Assembly (NCBI RefSeq): GCF_002803295.2
Contig: NZ_PGGB02000004.1
Location: forward strand, 56,728-81,793
Source: Caedibacter taeniospiralis
Lineage (GTDB): Bacteria; Pseudomonadota; Gammaproteobacteria; Francisellales; Francisellaceae
Direction: 5' to 3'
DNA length: 25,066 nucleotides
Position numbers and translations under genes: made by a program. Positions 1-8,223 of this stretch are shown here, piece by piece; within the stretch, counting starts at the first letter, position 1; each line of letters opens with the position of its first letter. The notes under the pieces were generated by a model that ran no database searches, was not told the DNA's origin, and saw only the letters and a program-made list of their open reading frames with translations.

Positions 1-446
1 AGATAATTCTTATGGGTGGTTTGCTCAAGCATCACATGATAGGAAATATAGTGATTATGTTCTGGCAGAATGGTTTTGTTACAGATCGCGAGGAAAACCA
101 CTTCTTTCAAATCTTTATACTCGAGCTTTTTGACACGCTGCCCAATATAGGCACGTGAGGCATAGTACTGTGCGCGCTTGAGATACTCCAGAGTCGAAAC
201 CACCTGCATTTCGATGATAAATTTGTTGCCATTTTGATCCTGGCACATCACATCGACGATGCTTATGCGCTGTTCATGCACCTCAGGCAAGTAAATGGTG
301 GGCAGAAACTCTACGCTTTCAATGCGGCTCGCGCGAGCCAGCACGTCATTTAAAAAATGAATCAGGATGCCCTTGTTTTTCTCGGTGCCAAATAAGCGCC
401 TAAAGGCAATATCGTTCTTAGGATCTAAATATTTCTGGATGGGCAT
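1..446 (-). CDS. Rpn family recombination-promoting nuclease / PD-(D/E)XK nuclease family transposase (partial, runs off the left edge)
   Basis: Not in the ORF track because truncated. Manual minus-strand translation from ATG at 446: MPIQKYLDPKNDIAFRRLFGTEKNKGILIHFLNDVLARASRIESVEFLPTIYLPEVHEQRISIVDVMCQDQNGNKFIIEMQ... The D-x-KNDxxFRxLFG N-terminus and the D...ExQ nuclease motif fit this family. Confidence 0.85.
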   Translation of the reverse strand, partial: MPIQKYLDPKNDIAFRRLFGTEKNKGILIHFLNDVLARASRIESVEFLPTIYLPEVHEQRISIVDVMCQDQNGNKFIIEMQVVSTLEYLKRAQYYASRAYIGQRVKKLEYKDLKEVVFLAICNKTILPEHNHYISYHVMLEQTTHKNY

Positions 447-489
447 GATCAACTACCTTTGGTTATAACTGTGCGGATTATAACATTAC

Positions 490-620
490 CCGATTGCCAT
501 CGGCAATTCCCCTCTTTCCAAGAGGGGGCGAAGCCTGTCTTGGAGAGCATAAACTGCTTTATGCTCTCAACGCTGAGCGCCATTAGAGCGGGTGGAAATA
601 TGGTCACCTCCCACCGCCGT
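490..620. repeat. Run of stem-loops in the intergenic region (ATTGCC/GGCAAT; CCCCTCTT/AAGAGGGG; GAGAGCATAAA/TTTATGCTCTC; GCG(G)GTGG/CCACCGC)
   Basis: Inverted repeats read directly: 493-498/502-507, 509-516/520-527, 543-553/558-568 (11 bp perfect, 4-nt loop), 588-595/611-617 (one bulge). No T-run follows them. Confidence 0.55.
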
Positions 621-698
621 GTCTAAAAAGTTGTACCACTTAACTTACAATCCTTAAAGTTTTCACTTACAATGATTTCCAGTTTAAGTTGATTAGGG

Positions 699-1928
699 AT
701 GCGGGTGTTGGATATTCAAAAAGTTCGCCAAGACTTTCCTTTTTTAAGGCAAACCATTCATGGTAAACCCGTGGTTTTCCTGGATACGGGGGCGTCAGCA
801 CAAAAACCTAACATCGTGATCGAAGCGGTAAGGGAAAGCTATACCAATGATTATGCCAATGTACATCGCGGCGTTTACTATCTAAGTGATCAAGCCACTG
901 AAAAATATGAAGGCACGCGTAAAGTAGTACAGCATTTTATTGGCGCACAAAAGATGGAAGAAATCATCTTCACAAAAGGTGCGACGGAATCAATTAATTT
1001 AGTGGCAAGCTCGCTATTGGATCAGTATTTTAGTGCGGGTGATGAGATTGTTATTACCGAAATGGAGCATCACGCCAATATTGTGCCTTGGCAATTGATG
1101 AGTAAACATAAACCACTCACCATCAAATACATTCCTGTGACCGATAAAGGGGAGCTCAACTTATCCGTACTTCCTTCATTGCTGAACGATAAAACAAAGC
1201 TTATTTCACTGACTCACTGCTCAAATGTCCTAGGCACGATTAACCCCATTAAAGAGATTATTCAGCAAATTCGCCAAACTCATCCTGATGTTGCTGTTGT
1301 CGTCGATGGTGCGCAGTCAGTGGTTCATCAAAAAATTGATGTTGTTGATCTGGATTGTGATTTCTTTGTTTTTTCAGCGCATAAACTCTATGGCACAACG
1401 GGTGTCGGTGTGCTTTATGCCAAAGAGAAATGGCATCCACTTATGTCACCCTATCAAGGTGGTGGAGATATGATTAAGCTTGTGACCATGAAGGAGACAA
1501 CGTTTGCTGATCCCCCTTATAAATTTGAAGCAGGAACACCCGATATTATTGGTGTTATTGGTTTAGCCAAGGCGATTGAATATGTGCAAAGTCTTGGTAT
1601 CTGTAATATCAAAGCACATGAACAGATGCTGCTTAAGTATGCAACAACAAGACTCCAGGAAATTACTGGTTTAAAAATTCTAGGTCAAAGTGAGCATAAA
1701 GCAGCTGTGATCACATTTGTAATCGAGAATTTTCATGCGAATGATTTAGGCACTTTGCTGGATCTATCAGGTGTTTGTGTGCGCACAGGGCATCATTGTG
1801 CCCAACCTTTGCTACAACGGTATAATGTACCATCAACCGTGCGCGCATCATTTGGTGTTTATAATACCAAAGAGGACGTGGATGTTTTGGTCAAGGGGCT
1901 GCATAAGGCGATTCATATGCTAAGTTAG
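699..1928 (+). CDS. sufS: SufS-family cysteine desulfurase
   Basis: 409 aa. FLDTGASAQKP, FSAHKLYGTTGVGVLY (PLP lysine) and the RTGHHCAQPL catalytic cysteine motif. The true start may be slightly downstream of 699. Confidence 0.93.
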   Translation: MRVLDIQKVRQDFPFLRQTIHGKPVVFLDTGASAQKPNIVIEAVRESYTNDYANVHRGVYYLSDQATEKYEGTRKVVQHFIGAQKMEEIIFTKGATESINLVASSLLDQYFSAGDEIVITEMEHHANIVPWQLMSKHKPLTIKYIPVTDKGELNLSVLPSLLNDKTKLISLTHCSNVLGTINPIKEIIQQIRQTHPDVAVVVDGAQSVVHQKIDVVDLDCDFFVFSAHKLYGTTGVGVLYAKEKWHPLMSPYQGGGDMIKLVTMKETTFADPPYKFEAGTPDIIGVIGLAKAIEYVQSLGICNIKAHEQMLLKYATTRLQEITGLKILGQSEHKAAVITFVIENFHANDLGTLLDLSGVCVRTGHHCAQPLLQRYNVPSTVRASFGVYNTKEDVDVLVKGLHKAIHMLS

Positions 1929-2075
1929 AAAAGTATAACTCAGTGCCATTAAAGTATAACTGTTGTCAACACTTAAAATTGCCAGCTTTTAGGGTAAATA
2001 AATTGTTGAAGTTCCTGCAAATACAGTACACTGGCGAACCTAAAATTTGATCGACTAAAATCATAAGGACAAACG

Positions 2076-2786
2076 ATGATTCCTACCCCTCATATTGAAG
2101 CCTCTGACAAAGATGAATTTGCCAAAACAGTAATTATGCCCGGCGATCCACTTCGTGCCAAACTCATTGCTGAGACTTATCTCAAGAATGCCAGACTGGT
2201 GAATAGTGTACGCAATATGTTGGGCTATACAGGGACTTATAAAGGTAAAAAGCTAACCATTATGGCACATGGCATGGGGATGCCAAGTGCAGGCATTTAT
2301 ACCGCTGAGCTGTTTAACCACTATGACGTGGATAATATTATTCGCATTGGCTCTTGTGGTGCTTATGTTCCTGAGGTTAAAGTTTATGATGTCCTTCTGG
2401 TGACGGAGTCTTATTGTGAGTCTGATTATATTGAAATTGTAACAGGTGAGAAAACACGAACGATAAAACCAGATTTATCCCTGACTGAACACATTGCTAT
2501 GATCGCAAAGAAACTCGATTTACCAGTCAGTAAAGCAAAAGTGCATTGCACGGATGTGTTTTACCGTAAGAACTTTGATGACTATTTGAACATTCGTGAT
2601 CGGCATGGCTGTAAAGCAGTTGAGATGGAAACAGCAGCAATATTTGCTAATGCCAAAGCCTATGGCAAAAAAGCGGCATGTTTATTAACCGTCTCGGATT
2701 CTCTGGTAACAAAAGAAGTGACCACAAGCCAGGAGCGGCAAAATTCATTTACTAATATGATTAAAATTGCTTTAGCAAGTGTTTAA
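2076..2786 (+). CDS. deoD: DeoD-type purine-nucleoside phosphorylase
   Basis: 236 aa. TPHIEA, MPGDPLRAKLIAETYL, HGMGMPSAGIY, RIGSCGAY, VEMETAAIFANA, LTVSDSLVT. SD-like AAGGA upstream. Confidence 0.95.
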   Translation: MIPTPHIEASDKDEFAKTVIMPGDPLRAKLIAETYLKNARLVNSVRNMLGYTGTYKGKKLTIMAHGMGMPSAGIYTAELFNHYDVDNIIRIGSCGAYVPEVKVYDVLLVTESYCESDYIEIVTGEKTRTIKPDLSLTEHIAMIAKKLDLPVSKAKVHCTDVFYRKNFDDYLNIRDRHGCKAVEMETAAIFANAKAYGKKAACLLTVSDSLVTKEVTTSQERQNSFTNMIKIALASV

Positions 2787-2861
2787 TTATTGTTGCTCGC
2801 AAATTTTAAAATGATATCTATTCTTTGGGGTGCAGGTTAGTCGTACTACACAGGGAGAATA

Positions 2862-3095
2862 ATGATGGAATGTAAACAATCTGGTTCAACTATTGGCTGT
2901 CTTGTAATTGGTATTATTTTGATTGTACTAAGCATTGTACTGATTGTGGGTGCGTTTAGCTGGTTCCCACCTGAGCATAGCCTGTATGATCTTAGTGAGT
3001 CAGTTATCACAGGTATGCTAGGCTGCGCAAGCTTAATTATCGGTGCAATTTTTGTTGTTGTTGGAATTGTCCTAAACAACGTGAGTTCGACATAA
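2862..3095 (+). CDS. Small two-TM membrane protein; the C-terminus is supplied by the MITE-like element
   Basis: 77 aa, GGGAG SD upstream, two hydrophobic segments. The last codons (NVSST*) lie in the left terminal inverted repeat at 3078..3100. Confidence 0.6.
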   Translation: MMECKQSGSTIGCLVIGIILIVLSIVLIVGAFSWFPPEHSLYDLSESVITGMLGCASLIIGAIFVVVGIVLNNVSST

Positions 3096-3265
3096 AAAAC
3101 CTTGTCAAAGCGTCGTCTTTTCAAGCATTTCTGCGTTAGTATGCACTTAAAAATGCTCGAATTAGCGCAGCTAGTCCTGTGCTTTTTAAGTGCAAAAGCC
3201 TTGAACTGCTTAAAAATACTTGCTTTGAGCATGTCATTCAATGTTTCTTACGTCGAACTCACGTT
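3078..3265. mobile_element. MITE-like palindromic element with 23-bp TIRs (188 bp)
   Basis: Left arm 3078..3100 AACGTGAGTTCGACATAAAAAAC. The reverse complement of the right arm 3243..3265 is AACGTGAGTTCGACGTAAGAAAC (21/23 match). Flanked by AAAC at 3074..3077 and 3266..3269. Internal perfect 12-bp inverted repeat TGCACTTAAAAA (3142..3153) / TTTTTAAGTGCA (3183..3194). Confidence 0.75.
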
Positions 3266-3273
3266 AAACAGAG

Positions 3274-3302
3274 TTGAAAAACGGACTTAAGACTCGTACT
3301 AT
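3274..3302 (+). promoter_or_regulatory. Putative sigma70 promoter of tRNA-Thr (TTGAAA-N17-TACTAT)
   Basis: -35 at 3274..3279 and -10 at 3297..3302, 17-bp spacer, 37 bp between the -10 and the tRNA 5' end. Confidence 0.6.
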
Positions 3303-3339
3303 ATGCGGCAAGGAATGATGAAAAAACAAATAAAACTAA

Positions 3340-3415
3340 GCCGACATAGCTCAGTTGGTAGAGCAATTGATTCGTAATCAATAGGTCAGCAGTTCGATTC
3401 TGCTTGTCGGCACCA
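3340..3415 (+). tRNA. tRNA-Thr (anticodon CGT)
   Basis: Complete cloverleaf, 76 nt: acceptor GCCGACA/TGTCGGC, D stem GCTC/GAGC, anticodon stem ATTGA/TCAAT with loop TTCGTAA, T arm AGCAG TTCGATT CTGCT, encoded CCA. Confidence 0.96.
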
Positions 3416-3455
3416 TCTTTCCGTATCAAACCATATCTTATGAAAGTTTTTCCCT

Positions 3456-4265
3456 TTAAAATGCAGTGTTACAGAGATTTGTGTCAATAAAAGGAACAGC
3501 TTGAAATGCTTTGATATTAAACCCATCAGGATAACCAACTTCAACAAGATATAACCCATGTGCTGGCACTGTAATACCTGCCTGCGCCCTATCTCTTGCC
3601 TTAACCAGCTCGCACATCCAGTTGACTGGCTTTTTGTGAAGCCCAATCTCAAGCAGTGATCCCACAATATTTCTGACCATGTGATGCAAAAAAGCATTCC
3701 CCTGAATATCAAAGATGATGAACTTGCCGTATTGCTTAAAATACGCGTGATGAACATTGCGCATGGCACTGAATGACTGGCATTGTGACGAACGAAAGGC
3801 ACTAAAATCCTGTTCGCCTAACAGATCCCTGCTGGCTACATTCATGTTATCTATATCCAGTGCTTGATTTATCCACACTGTCCGATCATGCCAAATTGCG
3901 CTACTGGTTTTATTTTGATAGATGACATATTGATAGCGCCGATAAAGTGCGGTAAAACGCGCACTAAAATTTGCAGTGACTTTAAAAACTGCTGATACTT
4001 TAATGTCTTTAGGCAAATGGGCATTTACGCCAAACACCCAGGCTTTTGTATCTCGCAATGCCTTTGTAGCAAAATGCACAACCTGTGCTGTGGCATGAAC
4101 TCCCGTATCGGTTCTCCCTGCACAAACTACAGTAATCGGTTCATTGGCAATAATCGATAAGGCTTTTTCCAGATTTTCCTGCACAGTTGTACTGTGATTT
4201 TGGCGTTGCCAGCCACAGTAATTGGTTCCCAGGTATTCAAGCACAAGAGCATAATGTTTAAACAT
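3456..4265 (-). CDS. truA: tRNA pseudouridine(38-40) synthase TruA
   Basis: 269 aa. YLGTNYCGWQRQ, AGRTDTGVHATAQV, FLHHMVRNIVGSLLEIG, KARDRAQAGITVPAHGLYL. Confidence 0.95.
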   Translation of the reverse strand: MFKHYALVLEYLGTNYCGWQRQNHSTTVQENLEKALSIIANEPITVVCAGRTDTGVHATAQVVHFATKALRDTKAWVFGVNAHLPKDIKVSAVFKVTANFSARFTALYRRYQYVIYQNKTSSAIWHDRTVWINQALDIDNMNVASRDLLGEQDFSAFRSSQCQSFSAMRNVHHAYFKQYGKFIIFDIQGNAFLHHMVRNIVGSLLEIGLHKKPVNWMCELVKARDRAQAGITVPAHGLYLVEVGYPDGFNIKAFQAVPFIDTNLCNTAF

Positions 4266-4295
4266 AGTATTGCCACAGCAACTAAAAGCTACAGA

Positions 4296-4838
4296 TCATA
4301 GCATGGCTTCTGACAGCTTATAACACCAATGCCATGGCTCGTAGATAAATCCAGCTTTGTTATTCCTGGGATAACTTAAGTAAAACTGAAATTTATGAGC
4401 ATTTTCTATGAGCCAGGCAAAGGCTTTTGTTTCTTCAAAATCTTCGACTAACACATCCTTTATTTCAGTTGAGCTTAAATCTAATGCACGCCCTGTGTGG
4501 TGCTCACTAAACCCAGGTAATGCCAGCACTCTTAAAATATCCTCAAGTGCAACACCCTTATTTAGTTTATTGAGAATAAGATTGGCTTGATATAAATAAC
4601 CGCGATAGGCAGAAACAACCTGCAAAGTGACGCCCTCTTGCAACGCTGTTTGATACATTTTTTGCCATGCTTGATAGGCGTTTTGCTGCATATAATAATC
4701 TCGCTGAAAAACGTCTTTACCCCCATAGATCAGTTGCGACCCCTCACATTCAGCAAATAATGACAGCTGTTGATTTTCTTTAAATTGAAAAGGCAAAATA
4801 GCATAAGCATCATGAAGTTTTTGATTATTCAGGGACAT
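4296..4838 (-). CDS. M15 family metallopeptidase (LdcB/VanY-type carboxypeptidase)
   Basis: 180 aa. SAYRGYLYQ, GFSEHHTGRALDL and EPWHWCY zinc-ligand motifs. No signal peptide evident. Confidence 0.85.
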   Translation of the reverse strand: MSLNNQKLHDAYAILPFQFKENQQLSLFAECEGSQLIYGGKDVFQRDYYMQQNAYQAWQKMYQTALQEGVTLQVVSAYRGYLYQANLILNKLNKGVALEDILRVLALPGFSEHHTGRALDLSSTEIKDVLVEDFEETKAFAWLIENAHKFQFYLSYPRNNKAGFIYEPWHWCYKLSEAML

Positions 4839-5412
4839 CTTTGTTCTCCGTTTGCATGAATAAATGACCTGCCACCGTCGTTAAAGGTTCCTTTAATAAG
4901 TCTGGTGGCGTTTTCTCAAATCCAGGTATTTTTGAACTTTCACTTTGGATATGAATTTCATCGATTAACTGGTTGGTTCTTAAGTCGTAAATTTTGATAT
5001 CAATTACAACTTTATTTGCCACACCAGTAAAAAACGTATAGCTATCAGTCCATTGGAGAAGACGTGGCAAAATGAAATATTCATAGTGTTTATCACGTGC
5101 TGCTAAATACTCAAACTGTGCTGAATTAAAGCTTTTTGCAACACCTAGCTTTTTAAAATAAGGCTTAAAAATATTACTTAAAACAGTCATGGTTTTTGGG
5201 GCACTATCTGGGTAACTGTGGAGCTCATCGTAACCGTTATTAGGGTAAGCCATGTAGGCCGTGGCATGCAAAGGCAGCTTGACCAAAACATCACTGTAAC
5301 GAATGGCATCATCCTGTGCTGCCAGCGTTTTTTGCATGGAGTTGGTCACAATCTCATGGGTGCTTGTGCAGCCAATAAGCGCAAAACAAAATGTCAAAAA
5401 AAATTTCTTCAT
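4825..5412 (-). CDS. Putative lipoprotein, function unknown
   Basis: The ORF track starts at 5478, but MKKFFLTFCFALIGCTS (ATG at 5412) gives a lipoprotein signal with lipobox LIGC. Overlaps the downstream peptidase gene by 14 bp. Confidence 0.65.
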   Translation of the reverse strand: MKKFFLTFCFALIGCTSTHEIVTNSMQKTLAAQDDAIRYSDVLVKLPLHATAYMAYPNNGYDELHSYPDSAPKTMTVLSNIFKPYFKKLGVAKSFNSAQFEYLAARDKHYEYFILPRLLQWTDSYTFFTGVANKVVIDIKIYDLRTNQLIDEIHIQSESSKIPGFEKTPPDLLKEPLTTVAGHLFMQTENKDVPE

Positions 5413-5489
5413 CTGGTGAGTAGCAGAACTAATATTGCAAATATTATACCGTTTATATTTTTCCCACCAAGCCTTCACACCCTTTTTTG

Positions 5490-6071
5490 TCAGTCCAAAC
5501 CAGAAATAAGCGACATAAGCTCGCTGCGACTCTTCTCATCTTTACGAAAAATACCACGCATGCAGCTTGTGACCGTTGAAGTTTCTGATTTATGCACCCC
5601 TCTTGTTGTCATACATTGGTGCATGGAATCAATAATAACGGCAACTCCTTTGGGTGTTAGCGCCTGTTCGATCGCCAAAGCAATCTGCATTGTCAAGCGC
5701 TCTTGTGTTTGCAGGCGCTTTGCATAAACATCTAACACGCGCGCAATCTTACTAATGCCCACGACTTTTCCATCGGGTAAATAGGCAATGTGCGCCTTAC
5801 CAACAATAGGCACCATGTGATGCTCACAATAAGACTCTAAACGCAGGTTTTTGAGTAATACAATCTCATCATATCCCTCGACATCTTCAAAGGTCTTTGC
5901 CAAAATTTCCTCAGGATTCTCGTGATAACCTTTAAAAAACTCGTCATAAGATTTTATGACACGCTTAGGGGTTTCAAGCAGACCTTCACGCATTGGGTCT
6001 TCACCAATATATTCCAATAGCGTTTTAATCGCGGCTTCTGCCTGCTGTTTCGTTGGTTTTTTGGTCATCAT
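5490..6071 (-). CDS. folE: GTP cyclohydrolase I FolE
   Basis: 193 aa. DPMREGLLETPKRV, SYCEHHMVPIVGKAHIAY, ISKIARVLDVYAKRLQTQERLT, MTTRGVHK. Confidence 0.95.
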   Translation of the reverse strand: MMTKKPTKQQAEAAIKTLLEYIGEDPMREGLLETPKRVIKSYDEFFKGYHENPEEILAKTFEDVEGYDEIVLLKNLRLESYCEHHMVPIVGKAHIAYLPDGKVVGISKIARVLDVYAKRLQTQERLTMQIALAIEQALTPKGVAVIIDSMHQCMTTRGVHKSETSTVTSCMRGIFRKDEKSRSELMSLISGLD

Positions 6072-6095
6072 TTTTCTTTTTAAACTTTTTTTACA

Positions 6096-6878
6096 TTAAC
6101 GGTTTTTATCGAAAGCAATTTTAATCCCCTGCAACACTAGCTCTGGCACAATGACATCAAAGAGCCCCTTTTCATTAAATAGCTGAGAAAATCCCCCTGT
6201 TGCAATCGTTATCACTTCCTCGGCTTTGACGTTAAGCTCTGCAATGATCACTGACTTAAGTTCTTTTAAGGCACCCAAATGTCCATAGTAAATACCCGAT
6301 TGTAAATTGGTATCGGTATCCTTGCCTATGGCAATGCTTGGTTTAACAATGCTTACTGAAGATAGTTGCGCCGCATTATTACTTAATGCTTCTAAAGAAA
6401 TTTTCACGCCAGGCAAAATGGCGCCACTAAGATACGCCTTATCTTTGCGTACCACATCAAACACGGTTGCCGTACCCAAATCAATCACCAGCACATCTTT
6501 ATTGGGGAAAAGTTCAACCGCCGCTATGCACCCTGCTATGCGATCAGCACCCACTTCTTTAGGTGTAGCCACCTGCATTTTCAAGCCTGTTTTAACCCCT
6601 GGCTGTAAGAAAAATGGCTCAGTTTGAAAATATTTCAATATCGCTGAGCGCAATGAGTAATTAATCGCTGGAACCACGGAGGCAATCGCCACCCCAGTAA
6701 TGGCTTTGGGGTCAATATCATTTTCACTTAAAGCCTGGCGCAAAAAAATACCAATCTGGTCTGAGCTTCCATGTGCTGAAGCCGTCGTATAACGAAACTG
6801 CAAGATAAGCTCGTTTTGGTTAAAAACTCCCGCATGAATGTGCGAGTTGCCAACATCTAAGGTAAGTAACATATCCAA
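6096..6878 (-). CDS. coaX: Type III pantothenate kinase
   Basis: 260 aa. LLTLDVGNSHIHAGVF, GADRIAGCIAAVELFPNKDVLVIDLGTATVFDVV, GAILPGVKISLEAL. Confidence 0.93.
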   Translation of the reverse strand: MDMLLTLDVGNSHIHAGVFNQNELILQFRYTTASAHGSSDQIGIFLRQALSENDIDPKAITGVAIASVVPAINYSLRSAILKYFQTEPFFLQPGVKTGLKMQVATPKEVGADRIAGCIAAVELFPNKDVLVIDLGTATVFDVVRKDKAYLSGAILPGVKISLEALSNNAAQLSSVSIVKPSIAIGKDTDTNLQSGIYYGHLGALKELKSVIIAELNVKAEEVITIATGGFSQLFNEKGLFDVIVPELVLQGIKIAFDKNR

Positions 6879-7032
6879 ATAAAATCTCCTTAATTTGGCT
6901 TCGCAGTATATATGTATTACTCGCCATTTTACAGTGAATATCCCCCATTTTTACTCACTACAGCACTATTATTTTTTTTGTTTTCGGCTATGATGGCGAT
7001 AAATTTATCGCACTGTTTTTACGAATAATAAT

Positions 7033-8223
7033 ATGGCTACTTTCGATCGTCATTTTTACCACATTTTACTGCTAATCATCCTATTAACCGCAGCAGGACA
7101 GATGACCAACACCATTTACGTACCTGCCCTAACCCAGATGGCACATGAATTTTCTGTTAGTGTCGGTCGAATGCAGGCGGCCATTGCGTGTTATCTATTT
7201 CCTTATGGACTTTTACAGTTTGTTTATGGACCCTACTCTGACCGTTTCGGGCGTAAACCCCTGATTCTGATTGGGATAGCTTTTTTTACGCTAGGATCAG
7301 GCTTAGCAATTTTTGCCACACACTTTGCCACGCTTTTGTGCGCAAGTTTTTTGCAAGGAAGCGGAATAGCGGTGGCAGGGGTCATGGTAAGGACGGTAAT
7401 GCGTGATTTATATTCAGGAATGAAACTGCATAGTGCCAATAGTATCATGTCGATTGCCCTTATCTTTGCCCCGCTGATTGCCCCACTTTTGGGCGGTATT
7501 TTCACCGATTTACACAGCTGGCGCGCTATTTTTGTTTTCCTGAGCCTTTATGGTATTGCTTTACTGACTATTCAGTGGCTATTTCTCCCTGAAACCAACA
7601 AGCAAAAATCAGCCAAGGGTAACTTACTTGCCAAATATAAAGCCGTATTAGGTAACAGTAATTTTATAATCAATTTGATTTTACTGATCGTTGCTAATGG
7701 AGGAGTCGCCGTTTTTGAAGTAAGCTCTGGTGCACTTTTTACCTCGGTACTTGCGCTTTCTCCAGCCATTGCAAGCATCTTGTTTATCATTCCCTTACCT
7801 TTTTATATGTTGGGAAGTTTTTTATCCGCACGTCTTGCGCGTTTTTATAGTCTGGATCGTCTACTTCTTATTGGGTGCTTTACGCTACTAGTCAGTGGTT
7901 TAGCCATGAGCTTATCCTATTATGTTATTGGCGTCACAAGCCCTGGCATTATTCTGCCAGGCTCGGTTTATTTTCTGGGTTGCGGGATTATCTTTCCAAC
8001 AGCTACTACCAAAGCACTGGAGGAGTTTCCAATGATCGCAGGAACTGCGGGCTCAGTTTTAGGGGGAGCACAAAACTTAGGAGCAGGTCTATTAACAGCG
8101 CTTGCCGCATTTATTCCCTTAAGAAGTCAGCTGCCACTGTCGATTATCCTATCCACTCTTGCCGTATGCGCCCTGGTTAGCATTATCATGAGTCAACGCA
8201 CGAGAATTATTAAAATATTCTAG
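7033..8223 (+). CDS. MFS multidrug efflux transporter, Bcr/CflA type
   Basis: 396 aa, about 12 hydrophobic segments. NTIYVPALTQMAHEF, YGPYSDRFGRKPL, GSGIAVAGVMVRTVMRDLYSG. Confidence 0.88.
   Translation: MATFDRHFYHILLLIILLTAAGQMTNTIYVPALTQMAHEFSVSVGRMQAAIACYLFPYGLLQFVYGPYSDRFGRKPLILIGIAFFTLGSGLAIFATHFATLLCASFLQGSGIAVAGVMVRTVMRDLYSGMKLHSANSIMSIALIFAPLIAPLLGGIFTDLHSWRAIFVFLSLYGIALLTIQWLFLPETNKQKSAKGNLLAKYKAVLGNSNFIINLILLIVANGGVAVFEVSSGALFTSVLALSPAIASILFIIPLPFYMLGSFLSARLARFYSLDRLLLIGCFTLLVSGLAMSLSYYVIGVTSPGIILPGSVYFLGCGIIFPTATTKALEEFPMIAGTAGSVLGGAQNLGAGLLTALAAFIPLRSQLPLSIILSTLAVCALVSIIMSQRTRIIKIF

Noticed and set aside
2846-3241. Minus-strand 131-aa ORF
   Set aside because: Antisense to the small membrane protein gene and running through the MITE-like element. 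The protein looks non-biological and there is no SD. It arises from the palindromic repeat.
3102-3290. Plus-strand 62-aa ORF as an independent gene
   Set aside because: It is the in-frame read-through of the element plus the presumed ancestral tail of the 2862 gene. There is no convincing RBS.
3386-3802. Minus-strand 138-aa ORF
   Set aside because: Out-of-frame within truA and overlapping the tRNA-Thr.
5218-5727. Plus-strand 169-aa ORF
   Set aside because: Antisense to the lipoprotein gene and the folE 3' end, with implausible composition.
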